64,000 bases of DNA from Batkoa obscura (taxonomy: Eukaryota), in assembly GCA_030770535.1 (NCBI GenBank), contig JASVEC010000028.1, forward strand, positions 186,001 to 250,000, given 5' to 3'. How positions within the stretch are numbered: position 1 is the first letter of the stretch; the number at the start of each line of letters is the position of its first letter. The notes beneath the pieces were generated by a model. That model made no database searches. It worked only from the letters and a program-made list of their open reading frames with translations, and was not told the origin of the DNA. The translations under genes were made by a program, and so were the position numbers. Positions 16,379-28,978 of the stretch are shown here, piece by piece.

Positions 16379-17783
16379 ATGCGAAATCGACTCAGTCTAA
16401 AAAGTATCAAAATAGTGTAAGAAAAACTAAAGGATAGATTGACTTTAAAGCATAACAAAACAAGAAGTTATAGTTTACATGCCAATCAATTAATAAAACA
16501 AGATAAATTCAAATCTTCCGTAAATTCCATTTACATAATAAACTTGATGTTACTAAATATAGTTTATTATTTAAAGAAGAAGCATTAGTGAGTATTTTAC
16601 ATAAATATAAGACTACTAGATAACGTAATAATTGTTTTCAATTGAATATGGATCTATATCATGTGAAAGAGTGGATAAATAAAGATCTTCCAATTATTAG
16701 GGAACTTAGACAGTGTGCCAGTTGTAAAAAAGTGAGGTATTATAATAAGAAGTGTCAAATTAATGATTGAAAATGAAGATATAACAAATGATATAAAAAA
16801 CTTAAAGGACTTAAAGAGTTATTAGATACTAATATTTTGTTATTCAATCAATTGTTAAATCTTAATGAGGCTAAAAAGAAGATGTTTCTTGAATTAAAGC
16901 ATCATGAGTTAAAGGAATGAAATGAAAATCGATATGACATATCAATCTATGATAGCCAAATGTTAATTGATGTTAGAAACATATTTGAAAAACCTCCTGA
17001 TCTCCTTACTTTCTAGTCAAGAATCAAGCTCAATAGCCTAATTACTAATGATGCTAAACGATAAGCTATGGACATTGGTTGTCATTTTGTAACTTCTTTA
17101 ATTAATCATGGTTGCAATACTAATGCTGCTGTAACTTTTATGGGTATCAAAATTGGTCTTAAAAGCATTAATTGATATTTGACCCAGAGAAAAAATTACA
17201 ATTTTTTATTTTGATAACAAATCATAGAATATCGGATCTTTAAAAATAGTTTATTATCCAAGTTATAAAGAAGAAAACATCTTAAATGAAAGATGTATTA
17301 AAGGGTCAGAGATAGGTTGCAAAAGTTATGATGTGGGATTAAAACCCAATACAAATAAAATATTAGAGCTTAAAAAATGCTAGTTAAAAAGAAATCATTT
17401 ATAAAAGAAACAAGGAAATTGAGTTAAAAAAAGAACATTATTTAAATGAATAATATTATTTATGTTATTTCATTAAATAAGTTATTGTAATGAACATATA
17501 ACAGACATAGTCATAGTTAAAGGTAAAGCCACAAATATCAGGTACATTAAAGTTGAATTTTTTTTTTAAAATGTAATAAATATTATATACTAAAAAGCTC
17601 CTACCCTTTTAAGTTATTTAATTAGCATGCTTGTCAATGCTTAAAAAAACGAATTTTAAAATTTTAAAAAAAGAAATTAAAAGAGTTTAGATTTTCATGT
17701 TTAATATTGAAAAATTTAAAATTGGCTTATTATTTAAAATTAAGTACTATTAAATATATAATATGTTTTCAACTAAACTATAA
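16379..17783 (+). pseudogene. Decayed tandem paralog of the SMYD gene
   Basis: Collinear similarity (MRNRLSLKSIKIV*EKLKD, SLLFKEEALVSIL, SLINHGCNTNAAVTFMG) with many stops and frameshifts; post-SET segment deleted. Confidence 0.88.
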
Positions 17784-18171
17784 AATTCAACTAAACTCTA
17801 TATTTTCTTATTATAATATTAAAGCACTTCAATTTATTTTTTTAAAATGTATAGTTTAAAACATAGATAATAATAATCTAATATATTTTAATAAACTTTA
17901 TTAATTTATTTAAAGTAAAAAATAAAATATTAATATTATAATTTATAATTTATAATTTGTTACAGCTTTAATATTTTAATACTTAGCTAATAATATAACT
18001 AACTTTAAAACAAACTTGACAAAAGCTTTAAAAAAAATAAAAATTGTACTAATTTTTTAAATATTAAACTTTTTAATAAAATTTTATTTAACTGAGTATA
18101 GTTTTTAATTTTTTTTTAATTATTAATTTTTTTTTGCTTAACTAAAGCTATTTAATAAAGAACATTAATAT

Positions 18172-18270
18172 GAGGATGTATTTTTTTGTTTAAGAATTTT
18201 ATTAACAATCTTTCCACTCAAATAGCGCTCAAAAGATGGAGAAAGTGATGAAGCCAAAAAAAACACCTCC
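18172..18270 (+). mobile_element. MITE copy 4, abutting the autonomous element
   Basis: GAGGATGT...ACACCTCC; ATAT flanks, the right one shared with the transposon. Confidence 0.9.
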
Positions 18271-18460
18271 ATATGGGGGTGTCCGAATTGGTTTCAGAAT
18301 TTAACTAGAAATTAATCCAAATTTTAAGTTTTTAAATTTGTAAGTCTTTAATGTATGATTAGCTAAATTTAAAAAGCTTAAAATTAAATATAAAAATTTA
18401 ACTTAAAGACTTATTTTATTTATTTTATTTTATTTTATTTTATTTTTTTGATTATATGTT

Positions 18461-18820
18461 TGTGAAAGTTAGTACTCAGCAATTGGAGTTGAAAGCAGCT
18501 CTAGCTTAGTTAACTGGCCGTAAGTCAAAAGGCCTTAGTTTATGTAGCTAAGATAGACTTAAATCAATAGGAGTAATACGCAATAAGCTACGAGCTATGT
18601 AAAATAAATAGAATACAGGATATTACTATAAAATCTACATAAGATATTATCAGAAAGATTTAGTGGCTTTATTAAAAGTAAAATATTAGGGAACAATTTA
18701 ATTAAAAAGCCTTGAGCTATTATGTTGAAGAATCTATTTTATACTCAACTAGTTTTGTAAACAAGTTAAGTGATTATTATGCGATAATCAATCACAGAGA
18801 TGATGAAACGATATTTCACA
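18461..18820. mobile_element. Solo-LTR-like element (360 bp) nested in the transposon 5' region
   Basis: TGTGAAA...TTTCACA; flanks ATGTT/GTGTT; homologous to 4383-4847 with an internal deletion; empty-site paralog visible near 3688-3715. Confidence 0.75.
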
Positions 18821-18911
18821 GTGTTTTGTATTTTTTATTAAATATTCAATAGCTATATAATATATAATTATATAGTTATTTGACTTTGTTTTTTGTTAAA
18901 ATAAAAACAAA

Positions 18912-20615
18912 ATGCAAGCTTTTATAACTAAACTTCGAAATGGAATTTCTAAAAACTTTAATACGGTAGGGAGAAGCACATTATATAAACATTGTAATTC
19001 ATTTACATCAATTTTAGCAACTATTCACAATTGCCCAAAGTTTATGGAATTTTATAATAAAACAAAAAAAAGAAAAGAAATATTATTAAATTTTACTATT
19101 AATAATAACAAACTTAATCAAGCAATGTATAAAATTAGTGTTTTAAGGGAAACAGGAAATAAAAACCAACAAGTAGCATTATTATCGACTATAGCTTCAG
19201 TATATTCTTTTGATGAATGTAAAAGTTTTGGATTTAATATAAGTAAAAATCAATATGATTATTCAAAAATAATTAATAATAATAAAATACCAACATTACG
19301 ACCTACTATCAAAAATACAAAAAAAATTAAAGATGAGCAAATCGAGATTATTATACAATATTTACTTGATAATTCAACTATTTCATCAAGATTTAGTAAG
19401 AAAAATAATGATAAATATTCGTCAGAGAATATATATATATTAAATAAAAGTAGAAGGATGATATACAGTAAGTATTTTAATGATTTAAAAGATAAAGCAG
19501 TAGCTAGGTCAACATTTTTCAAATATATACCAAATAATTTTAAAAATCCAGCAAGAAAAACAGATTTATGTAATATATGTGCCCAGTATACAGTTAGAAA
19601 AAAGTTATTTGAAAATAAAATAAATACAGCGACAGAAAATAAAGCAGAGATACAGGAATCTTTTAATAAAGAAAAAAGGTTATATAAATTACATGAATTT
19701 TGTGTTGATACTCAAAAAAACATACTTAATGAAACTATTGAAAAATTAAATAATAGAAGTTGTATAATAATTTTAGACTTTAAACAAAATATGGAAATAG
19801 GAACGAGACCAGATCCAATAAACTTAGATCATTATAACAAACAAGCTATATCAGTATTAGGGTTTGGCGTTTTGTATTTAAAAAACGATAAAACAATAGG
19901 CAAAGTTTATTTTGATTATTTATCTGAAATATTAAATCATGATTCAGCATATGCAGGAGATTGTTTGATTGATTTAATATCTAAAGAGCCTTTGTTTAAA
20001 AAGTTTACAAAAATTAATATATGGGCAGATACAGGATATCATTTTAAATCTCAAGAGTTTTTACATTATGTATTTGAAGAAAGTCATAAAATAAATAGTA
20101 GTTTAAATATTGATCTTAATTTTTTTGCTGAGCATCATGGAAAAAGTATAGTTGACGGGCATTTTGGAAATCTTTCACAGTGGAAAAATAGTCTTGAAGC
20201 ATTAGGTAAAATAGAAGATATTGATCAATTAATTTCAAAATTTGAGATTTTTGTTTGTGAAAATAATAGATTTAATAACTCAACTGTCAATAATGGGCAA
20301 ATAAATATAATTTTTAAAAAGTATGAAAGAAACAAAGATATAGAAAAAATAATAAAAATACAAGGTATTAAAAAGTATTTACATTTTATTAAACGTAATA
20401 ATAAACTACACTGCTATCCAGTATCTGATAGATCAAAAAAAAGTGATATAATTCCAATTAAAGTTATAGAGTCTATAGAGGATAGAAAAATTAAAAGGTC
20501 AACCCCAGCTTATCTTACAAAAATAACTGAGAATTTAAAAGTTTCAATATTTAGTAAGCAAGTAAGTAGCTTATTAGATGATAGAAATCAATTATTAAAT
20601 GTTGATATTACTTAG
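18912..20615 (+). CDS. DDD-type transposase, Sola2-like (567 aa, intronless)
   Basis: TDLCNIC...LH zinc-binding-like motif, then ILDFKQN, IWADTGYHFKS and FFAEHHGKSIVDGHFG as a putative catalytic triad; enclosed by TIRs. Confidence 0.8.
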   Translation: MQAFITKLRNGISKNFNTVGRSTLYKHCNSFTSILATIHNCPKFMEFYNKTKKRKEILLNFTINNNKLNQAMYKISVLRETGNKNQQVALLSTIASVYSFDECKSFGFNISKNQYDYSKIINNNKIPTLRPTIKNTKKIKDEQIEIIIQYLLDNSTISSRFSKKNNDKYSSENIYILNKSRRMIYSKYFNDLKDKAVARSTFFKYIPNNFKNPARKTDLCNICAQYTVRKKLFENKINTATENKAEIQESFNKEKRLYKLHEFCVDTQKNILNETIEKLNNRSCIIILDFKQNMEIGTRPDPINLDHYNKQAISVLGFGVLYLKNDKTIGKVYFDYLSEILNHDSAYAGDCLIDLISKEPLFKKFTKINIWADTGYHFKSQEFLHYVFEESHKINSSLNIDLNFFAEHHGKSIVDGHFGNLSQWKNSLEALGKIEDIDQLISKFEIFVCENNRFNNSTVNNGQINIIFKKYERNKDIEKIIKIQGIKKYLHFIKRNNKLHCYPVSDRSKKSDIIPIKVIESIEDRKIKRSTPAYLTKITENLKVSIFSKQVSSLLDDRNQLLNVDIT

Positions 20616-22273
20616 ATTATTGATAGCTAAGTTAATAAATAGTCAAAGAGCAAGTAGTTGTAATAATAAGTAAAAACTATTAATACACTGCTTGTATTAC
20701 ATAGGGATGGTTAATTATAGTTTTGGGGCTAACCACTCCCTCCCATGCAGCTATTTATTAACTTAGCGATATATTAATAATGTAATTATAACATTAAAAT
20801 AATTTATTCATTTGATAGCAAATCTGTAGTGTTGAATATAAAACAATTAATAATAAATATTTCTTAATAAAGCTATATAAAAGCATATATTTATTTACAT
20901 ATTACAACTTTGACTAATATCACTATACAGGCTATATTAGTAAAATCTTTACTAATCCAGGAATTTATATTAAATTTAATAAAAATTCCGCTAATTGACA
21001 ATATAAATTATAACAAAATAATTTAAAACTGTGTCGGGTACTTTTGGCTTTTAATAAAGAATTTATTTTTATAGAATTTTAAGCAAAGTTTTTAAAATAT
21101 AAATATTTAAAAATTGGATAAAAAAATGAAACCAATTCGGACACCCCCATATTTGGGATTCTTTTATATGAAATAATAAGATACTCTAGTATCTAAAACT
21201 ATCCTATTATTTTACCAAATGAGACAATATCACAATAGTAAGTAAGCTTTGACACATTATTTAAAAGCAAGTATTTTAAACATATAAGCATGTATATAAT
21301 TTTTGTTTTATATATAATAGCTAGAGGTACATTTTATATAAATACATGTTCCAAGTTTCGTAAAACAAATCAGCCCTTAATGTAAGGTCGAGTTATAATT
21401 TTCGGTGCCTTGGATTTTAGTACAACACAATAAATCGATTCAAAATTAAAGCTTTCTTGGGACCATACTCCAAAAACCATCAGGGTTGATTGTTTTGATA
21501 GTAACCACTATAGCCGATGTATAAAATAATTATTAGTAGTCTCACACGATGTCATATAATTCGCTCTTTGATCTGGCTTTATTTAAAGCCATTATATAAG
21601 GTACTTCTTGTTACAATTTATGCTAAGCTTAAATTTATCAATCCCTACAACTAAACATAAATATAAAATAATCTCAAAAGGCGATAGTTATTACTATATT
21701 ATAGAAAAGGAAATTTATATTTAAGGAGTTTTGAAAATAAGAAAGTGATAGACAAACACATATATCATCCCATTGTCATTATTGAGACGGAAATAAATTT
21801 AAAGCATTTGCTTGGTTATTGATACCGAGAAGTATCAAAAATAGGTGAAGTCATATCTCTTTAACTTTATTTTAGTAGTAAAAATACTATGTAACCTTTA
21901 AAGTATGCCTTTCAAGTAATTAGAATAAAAACCATGAACGCTAAAAAAATTTACTTCTAGGATCCTACATATCACACATTGCTATATATCGGCCTTCATG
22001 AGCTTTAATTATCTGCTTAAATTGTATTATTGTTTTTATATTTATTTATTTATTTTTAGATTTTAAATGTTTTTTCAAAAATCAATTTACATTTTCTAAT
22101 TTCCACCAATGTTATAATTTTGCATTGTGTGAAACAAATAATTGATTTCTATATGTATCAAATTATATTAAATAGGAGATCCATAAATTATTATAAGTCT
22201 ATACTATCGCTTAACCATCCTCATCTGATCATTTGTGATAAATCAAGTTGCTTTATTCCAATCGTAAGTATAT

Positions 22274-22372
22274 GAGGATGTTTTTTTTGGCTTCATCACT
22301 TTTTCCATTTTTTAAGCGCTATTTGAGCGGAATGATTGTTAGTAAAATTCTTAAACAAAAAAATACATCCCC
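22274..22372 (-). mobile_element. MITE copy 5
   Basis: GAGGATGT...ACATCCCC, ATAT flanks. Confidence 0.92.
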
Positions 22373-23302
22373 ATATAATAACCATTTAAATAAATAAAAA
22401 CTAGTCATAAACATATACAAGTGATCAATCAGCTAAATAATAATATTAAATTTAGAACTGTATACTTTATATGATCTTAACATATATAAAAATTAAAAAG
22501 TATAGCCTCTGGTAACATGATAACATGTAAATTTCATATAGCATATTTGAAAGCTTAGAATGTGTAAAATAATCATTCAATGTTCCAATCCTTGGTAATA
22601 AGCAAAGCATAGCTCTTTCTATTTCAAAAATATTCCCCAACTTTAATCTACTTTAATTTTGTAATTTCTGAATTATTTTACCAAGCTTTTAATTGACCTT
22701 TATAAATAAATATATCAACATTTTATTAACGCTTAATAGACTACTGGTTGCTGATATGATTTTGTCTTTAATGAAGACCTTAATCCCTCATAAAGTTCAT
22801 ATTTACTGCTATTCTAGTGGATATTCTTTTGTTATATAAACGAAACACAGACTGTATTCTATATTTTATATTTTATACTTTCATTTTTTAATATTACTAA
22901 ACTAAGTAGCACAGCGAAATTGCATATTGGAATCCCAAATATTCAGTGATTCTAGATTAATTCTCAAGAGCTTCAGTTATTAAATAAAAATAAGAAATTA
23001 ATAATTACAGCCATGGAACGCAATTTCAAGAATCCAAAATAATAGTTTTGTGTATAAAAGCTTATCTATTAATAACCCCGCCTGACTGATAGCTATTTTG
23101 TTTCGTCGAAACTTTATTGTTACCTATTTTCAAAAAACACCTTAAGGATATCAATGTACAAAACAATATAAAAATCATAATAGATAGCAAGCAAGTTTAG
23201 GTGTTCTGGTTTGAACAAGTAGTTTATTTGAAAGACTCTTTTAACCTTTCAAGCTTACAAAGAAGGAATTGCGATTTATCATTACTGAGTTACTTAATAT
23301 AT

Positions 23303-23400
23303 GAGGATATATTTTTTGTTTAAGAATTTTACTAACAACCTTTCCGCTCAAATAGCGCTTAAAAAATGGAAAAAGTAATGAAACCAAAAAAAACATCCTC
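23303..23400 (+). mobile_element. MITE copy 6
   Basis: GAGGATAT...ACATCCTC, ATAT flanks. Confidence 0.92.
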
Positions 23401-23757
23401 ATATTAATGTTCTTTATTAAATCCTTCGATTCTAAAGCTATATTTGTGTAATATAATCAACTAAATAATATATCACCATATCCTTGTTACTCGAGATTTT
23501 GTAAAAAATGTATTATTCAAATTTATTTATTTATTTATTATTTGTAAAAATAGCCTGAAGACAGCTATATATGTAAAATAAGCAATAGGTTTTTATTAAT
23601 ACTATCATTAATAAATAACATTTTTATTGATATAAAATACTAATAGAATAAAAAAACTTATTATATCATACGCTACATTTCTCAGAGTATTAATAATTTA
23701 ATATAATTTATTCAAACATTAAAAGATACTACAGTGGTTTTTACTCAACTATAATAT

Positions 23758-23854
23758 GGGGGTGTTTTTTTGGCTTCATCACTTTTTCCATTTTTTAAGC
23801 GCTATTTGAGCGGAATAATTGTTAGTAAAATTCTTAAACAAAAAATACATCCCC
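23758..23854 (-). mobile_element. MITE copy 7
   Basis: GGGGGTGT...ACATCCCC, ATAT flanks. Confidence 0.92.
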
Positions 23855-24789
23855 ATATAATCCTATAGAATATCTAAGGCTCAAAAGATCATGGTAATAT
23901 AATAGTATAATGAAATAATTATTGACATGATTAATAACAAATATCACTCTGATCTCATGATTGAAAATTTATATACTTTCTATCGATTATACTATATAAG
24001 ACCCTGTAAGCCTAACTTTTGTATTTGTAGAAGTAATGTGAGTACCATATTTAGCATATTCGTATTTTATTTTTAAAATCTATTGTTTTAATTAAAATCA
24101 TATACGTAGTATTATATTAAAATATTTACTTTAATAAACATGACTAGTATATATATATTATAATTTGAAGGTTATAAAATATCTAATTCCCAATAAACTA
24201 AAAATAAAACCATTTGGTTTTTAGCTTATGTATCATCAATTTTAAATACGAAGTTTTATATTTGTGTAACGAAGAAAAGGCTACAAAATTAAAATTGCTC
24301 ATCATTCCAAGAAATAAACTAAAACTGCTTTAAAAGAGTGTAAAAAATAATAGTATTAAATTTTTTAAATAAATTATTTTTAATTTTCAATAAATAAATA
24401 CAATTACTGTCCTTGACAGTTAGAAATATGTGATTTTACATTAAAAGCGAAATTGAATAAAACCTAACCAAAGATATTTTAAATATAACAGATCTAGCAT
24501 GTTATATTTGTATTAGTTGATGGATGGATTGCCTTCAAGTTCACAAAGATTAAAAATATATTTTGTCATTAATTACATCTGTTCTTGTATTTGGATATTT
24601 TTTACTGCTATTATAGCTCAAATTTAAACTAGCCAAGAATCAAATCGATTTGATATTATTGAAATTTACTATCAAAAATACATTACTTATATATATTTGA
24701 TATTGATAATAAAGTGCAATTTGATGGCTTAATAATGAGTTTTAATTTATACATTCAATAGATTCGTTTTGTTATGATTATGATTATAT

Positions 24790-24887
24790 GAGGATTTTTT
24801 TTTTGGTTTTGTCACTTTTTCTATTTTTAAGCGCTATTTGAGCAGAAAGGTTGTTAGTAGAATTCTTAAACAAAAAAATACATCCCC
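24790..24887 (-). mobile_element. MITE copy 8
   Basis: GAGGAT...ACATCCCC, ATAT flanks. Confidence 0.9.
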
Positions 24888-25452
24888 ATATACTTAAAGA
24901 TAGAATTGAATGGATTTTTTGGGTACTTTATATTTATTTCAATATGGAGAAGCAACTTTTAAGTAAATAAGTAAAGTAATAACACAACAGTAACATTACC
25001 TTGATATTACTATTAAAGCAGAATTACAAATAGTGAGTCTAGCATTAAACTTGATTTTCTAAAATAGTCAAAATTTCTAAAAATGCGAATGAGCCAGCAG
25101 GAAATAACTACTAAGTCTCTATTCCCTTTGTAATTTTGTACAACTTACCATTATATTAAATAAATACCAAGTGAGTTTTAAGCCTGAAGTTCCAATAATA
25201 GCCAAGAGTCTATTTAATTAATATTGTTTATTTATGGCTAAAAACTTTTATGACTTACATTATACTACAGTGTTCAAAGCATTCTAGATAAAGCAATTGA
25301 ATGTAATTTTGGCAGTAAGAATTTCCTTATTGGTATTTTTGTTTCTAGAATATGTGAGTTATGGAACTCAACTAGTTACAAAAATCGACAATATATAATA
25401 AACACAAAACCCCCAAAATTAAAATTAAACTTTTTATTCGTCTATTAGAAAT

Positions 25453-26311
25453 ATGAATTCTTTAATTGACAATCATTTTTCTCCTTTACATAAAACTAAG
25501 CGTTTTACTTTTATTAACAGGCTTATAAAGTAAACTATAGCAATATTTGTTATATGATAATTTCTCTGAACATTTATAGTATTCTTAACGACACTGCTTT
25601 TTCACATATAATAAGTTGGTCTGAAGATGGGCTCTCATTTATAATACACGATAAAGTGGAATTTCAAGGTCTTGTATTACCAAAATATTTCGATAGTAGT
25701 AAAATTGAGTCTTTCTCAAGGCAGTTAAATGTATATTTTCATTCGATTTTTTATATTGTATATTAACTCATTTATAGTTATATGGCTTCCAAAGATTGTC
25801 TGATGGTAGAAAGCAGCGTAATGGTCTCTCGAAATCAACATCATTCACTCACCCTTACTTTATTCGTGACAAGCCATACCTTATAAAATATATAAAAAGA
25901 AAGAATAGCTCTAAGGGCCTAGAAATAGAAGGAAGCGTCCAAAACTCAAAACCATTTAAAACCGAATCATCTAGTACAGAAAAATATAACAACATAAGAC
26001 AAAATGTACATGATAATGAACTTTCAATCACAACCATTTGTTTAAACTCTAACGTGGTATACTCCAACATAACCAATAGGTCTCCAACTTTTTACATTGA
26101 CAATTATAGTATGTATTCCAGTCAAAATTACCAAAATCAATGCTTCATAAATCAAAGTTACTCAAACCAGAATTACCTTAATCAAAATTACTCAAAACAG
26201 ATCTACTCTTCTGAAGAATATAGCAGCTTTAAGTTTAACTGTGAACCAGCTTGCCTTCAGCAAAACCCTTATGTAATCCCTTCTCAATCGTACTACCTCC
26301 CACTCCAATAA
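25453..26311 (+). CDS. HSF-type DNA-binding domain transcription factor (short), 3 exons
   Basis: FINRLI|ILNDTAFSHIISWSEDGLSFII...VLPKYFDSSKIESFSRQLN|YGFQR...FTHPYFIRDKPYLIKYIKRK; no HR-A/B or receiver domain seen. Confidence 0.88.
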
Positions 26312-28882
26312 TTAATACGCTTATAACAAGTTCCATTGGTGTTTGTTTTTTTGCAACTACCTTGAAAGCAAAACTAAATTCCTATTTCTATTTTCATGGC
26401 GTTTTTAGCCAATAGTGATGCTGTAACCTTCTATTTATGAATGATTAAATAAAATGATAACTTATACTTGAAAATTAGCTCTAAACTAAAAATAGCTTTT
26501 TATGAATTTTTTCATTGTTCCATTTACGCTTAATTATAAAACAAATGTTACAAAAATCGTATCATTAAGCTCATATTTAATAGTCTGGGATTATTTTATC
26601 ACTTTTATTATACTTTTCTAATTAATAACCCCTTATTTTTAAATCTTCAATTTCAAAATCAGAGCTAATGTATAGTTTTTAGCAACATTATCTCATATCC
26701 ATTTTCTAATAAAAATAGACTAATAAACCTGATTAAAAGTATTCTAGACTAAATTTAATTATTGTAATACTAACTTGAGGATATCGTATATATTATATTA
26801 ATTTATGTATATATGACTTTATGAGTCAGTTATACTAAAAGTGGAAATGATATTACCAAGTGTTCCTTCTAAGTTTTCTTATTTTTGAGTAATAGACACA
26901 GCCTTGTGTAGTATTTTATAGAAAAGAAACAAGAATAAGGAAATAAAAATTAAAGAGTATGGACTTTGAAATATCATACACATTGCTTTCATATGAGCGG
27001 AGGGGATCCTTATTTTGATATTAACTAAGTAAAGTTGAAAATATAAATTAGACGTATTGAAATTTACCAATACTAGTTTTGTTTCAATTTTAAATTTATA
27101 TTTAAGAATTTCAAAACATAGCAACTCTATTATATAATTTAAAAATGTTATAATCTTGTTATAATAACGTATAATACAGGTATTCAATAATATAAAGTGA
27201 ACAAATACTAATTAATGAAAACTGAATAATTTAAGGGCGGAAATAAACAGAACTTAATATATATTATTTATTAATATTAAGCAAAAGCTTTACCACAAAG
27301 GAGTTAAAGCTTTTTTGATGTAAATATTGCTCAGAAATTGTATCATCAAAAATAAACTTTTTGTAATTTGTAGCTAATTCATTAAACATATAGTATATCA
27401 ATAATTTTCAAGTCCTTTAATAATAGATGAATATTGAAAACAGTGTTAACATATTAGCTACTTGACCAACTACTTAAAACCTATTTAAAGTGAATATACA
27501 TGCTAAATATTTATTGCCATAATTGCTTCATATTATATAAAGCTTTGGAAAAACAAAATAACAATGACTCACGATTAACAGACTAAGTAAAGAAAAAAAC
27601 TAAAACTACAGAAAATAAGAACAAACTTATTTCCGCTATGTTTATGATTTAATACAAGCTTTAACAATCTTGGGCGAGCCAAAATTCTCAAGTGGTTTAT
27701 TACAGAAAGGTGAAATAAATCAAGGTAAATAACCTTGTGGACTAAGTAAAACAATAAAGTTTAGCACTAAGGTTTACGGTTTAATGTACTTAGAAGTTCA
27801 GAGAAAATAGGTAAAGGTTTCCAGCTATAAGCTATAAATTTAGTTGCAGAAGTTCACCTTTTTTCATCATTTACAACGGATTGATATTTTTTTTCAGCAA
27901 AGAATTAATATAGGGGGAGTGGAAATGCTAAGGAAAGCTGGATAGCAAGATAGATGATAATTTTTATTCATCCAAAACCTCTTTATATACCTTTTATTTT
28001 TAATGTTCAAATTTTTGCTATAACATGCCTTTCTCACAATCTATAGTTTATCCAAGCTTCGCTAAAAAAACTTAATAAGCAATAAATATTACAAAAGAGG
28101 AGCATTTTACAAGGACTAACAAAAAACAGGTTATTTTTGACAAAAAAATTAAAAAGATATAAAGTTATTATTAAATATAATTAAATACATATAACAGCCT
28201 AACTGTTCACTTCATCTAAATGTACCCAAGTCATTAATGAGTAGAATCAAGATTGTAAATATAACCCAGAAGCTATACCAAGCGAGCTTGTAAAATGCCC
28301 TTGCTTTAAACGTGTGGCATATTTCAAGCGATCAAGGAGGCATACAATTTGCTCTTGCACCTATCCTGAGATGGCAGGGAAGGGCTTCACGTGACTAATA
28401 AACTATTTAATAATTTATTTATTTATAGCATATCCAATGTCATAGACAAGAAAATTACTAAATTTAATAAAAATATTATTGCTGTATTTGGAAATTTACT
28501 TTTATATGTTTTAATGAGTGTAAATTTCCTAATTAGTATATTGGTATTAATAACAGTGAAAAAAGCTTATTAGAATTGGTTGTTTCAATACAATAATATA
28601 TATTACTACATATGTCAGCTTATAACAAAAAAGATAGAAGCAGATAATTTTTTAGCGTAAATGTCAAGTGAGCCAAGGATCACTCAGAAAAATAAGGTCC
28701 AAGTATAAAAATTAACCATATTGCTTTATTTACCATGCTTAGAAAGAATAAAAAATAGGTTGTGCGGATTTTTTTATTAGTTTGTATATTTTAAATTAAG
28801 AAGTTAGGTTCCAATATAAAAGAGTGTACTCAAGTAACTTACCTATTATAGCGCAATATTTATTTGAGCATATCTATCATAT

Positions 28883-28978
28883 AGGGGTGTTTTTTTTTAT
28901 TTCGTCACTTTTTCCATTTTTTAAGCATTATTTGAATGTAAAGATTGTTAGTAAAATTCTTCAAAAAAACACATCCCC
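28883..28978 (-). mobile_element. MITE copy 9
   Basis: aGGGGTGT...ACATCCCC, ATAT flanks. Confidence 0.88.

Larger units (their letters stand above)
18275..21148 (+). mobile_element. Autonomous-looking cut-and-paste DNA transposon, Sola2-like
   Basis: Perfect 22 bp TIRs GGGGGTGTCCGAATTGGTTTCA (18275-18296) and TGAAACCAATTCGGACACCCCC (21127-21148); ATAT flanks; intact transposase inside. Confidence 0.9.

Noticed and set aside
26879..27187. 102-aa minus-strand ORF
   Set aside because: Non-ATG start, composition typical of random AT-rich DNA
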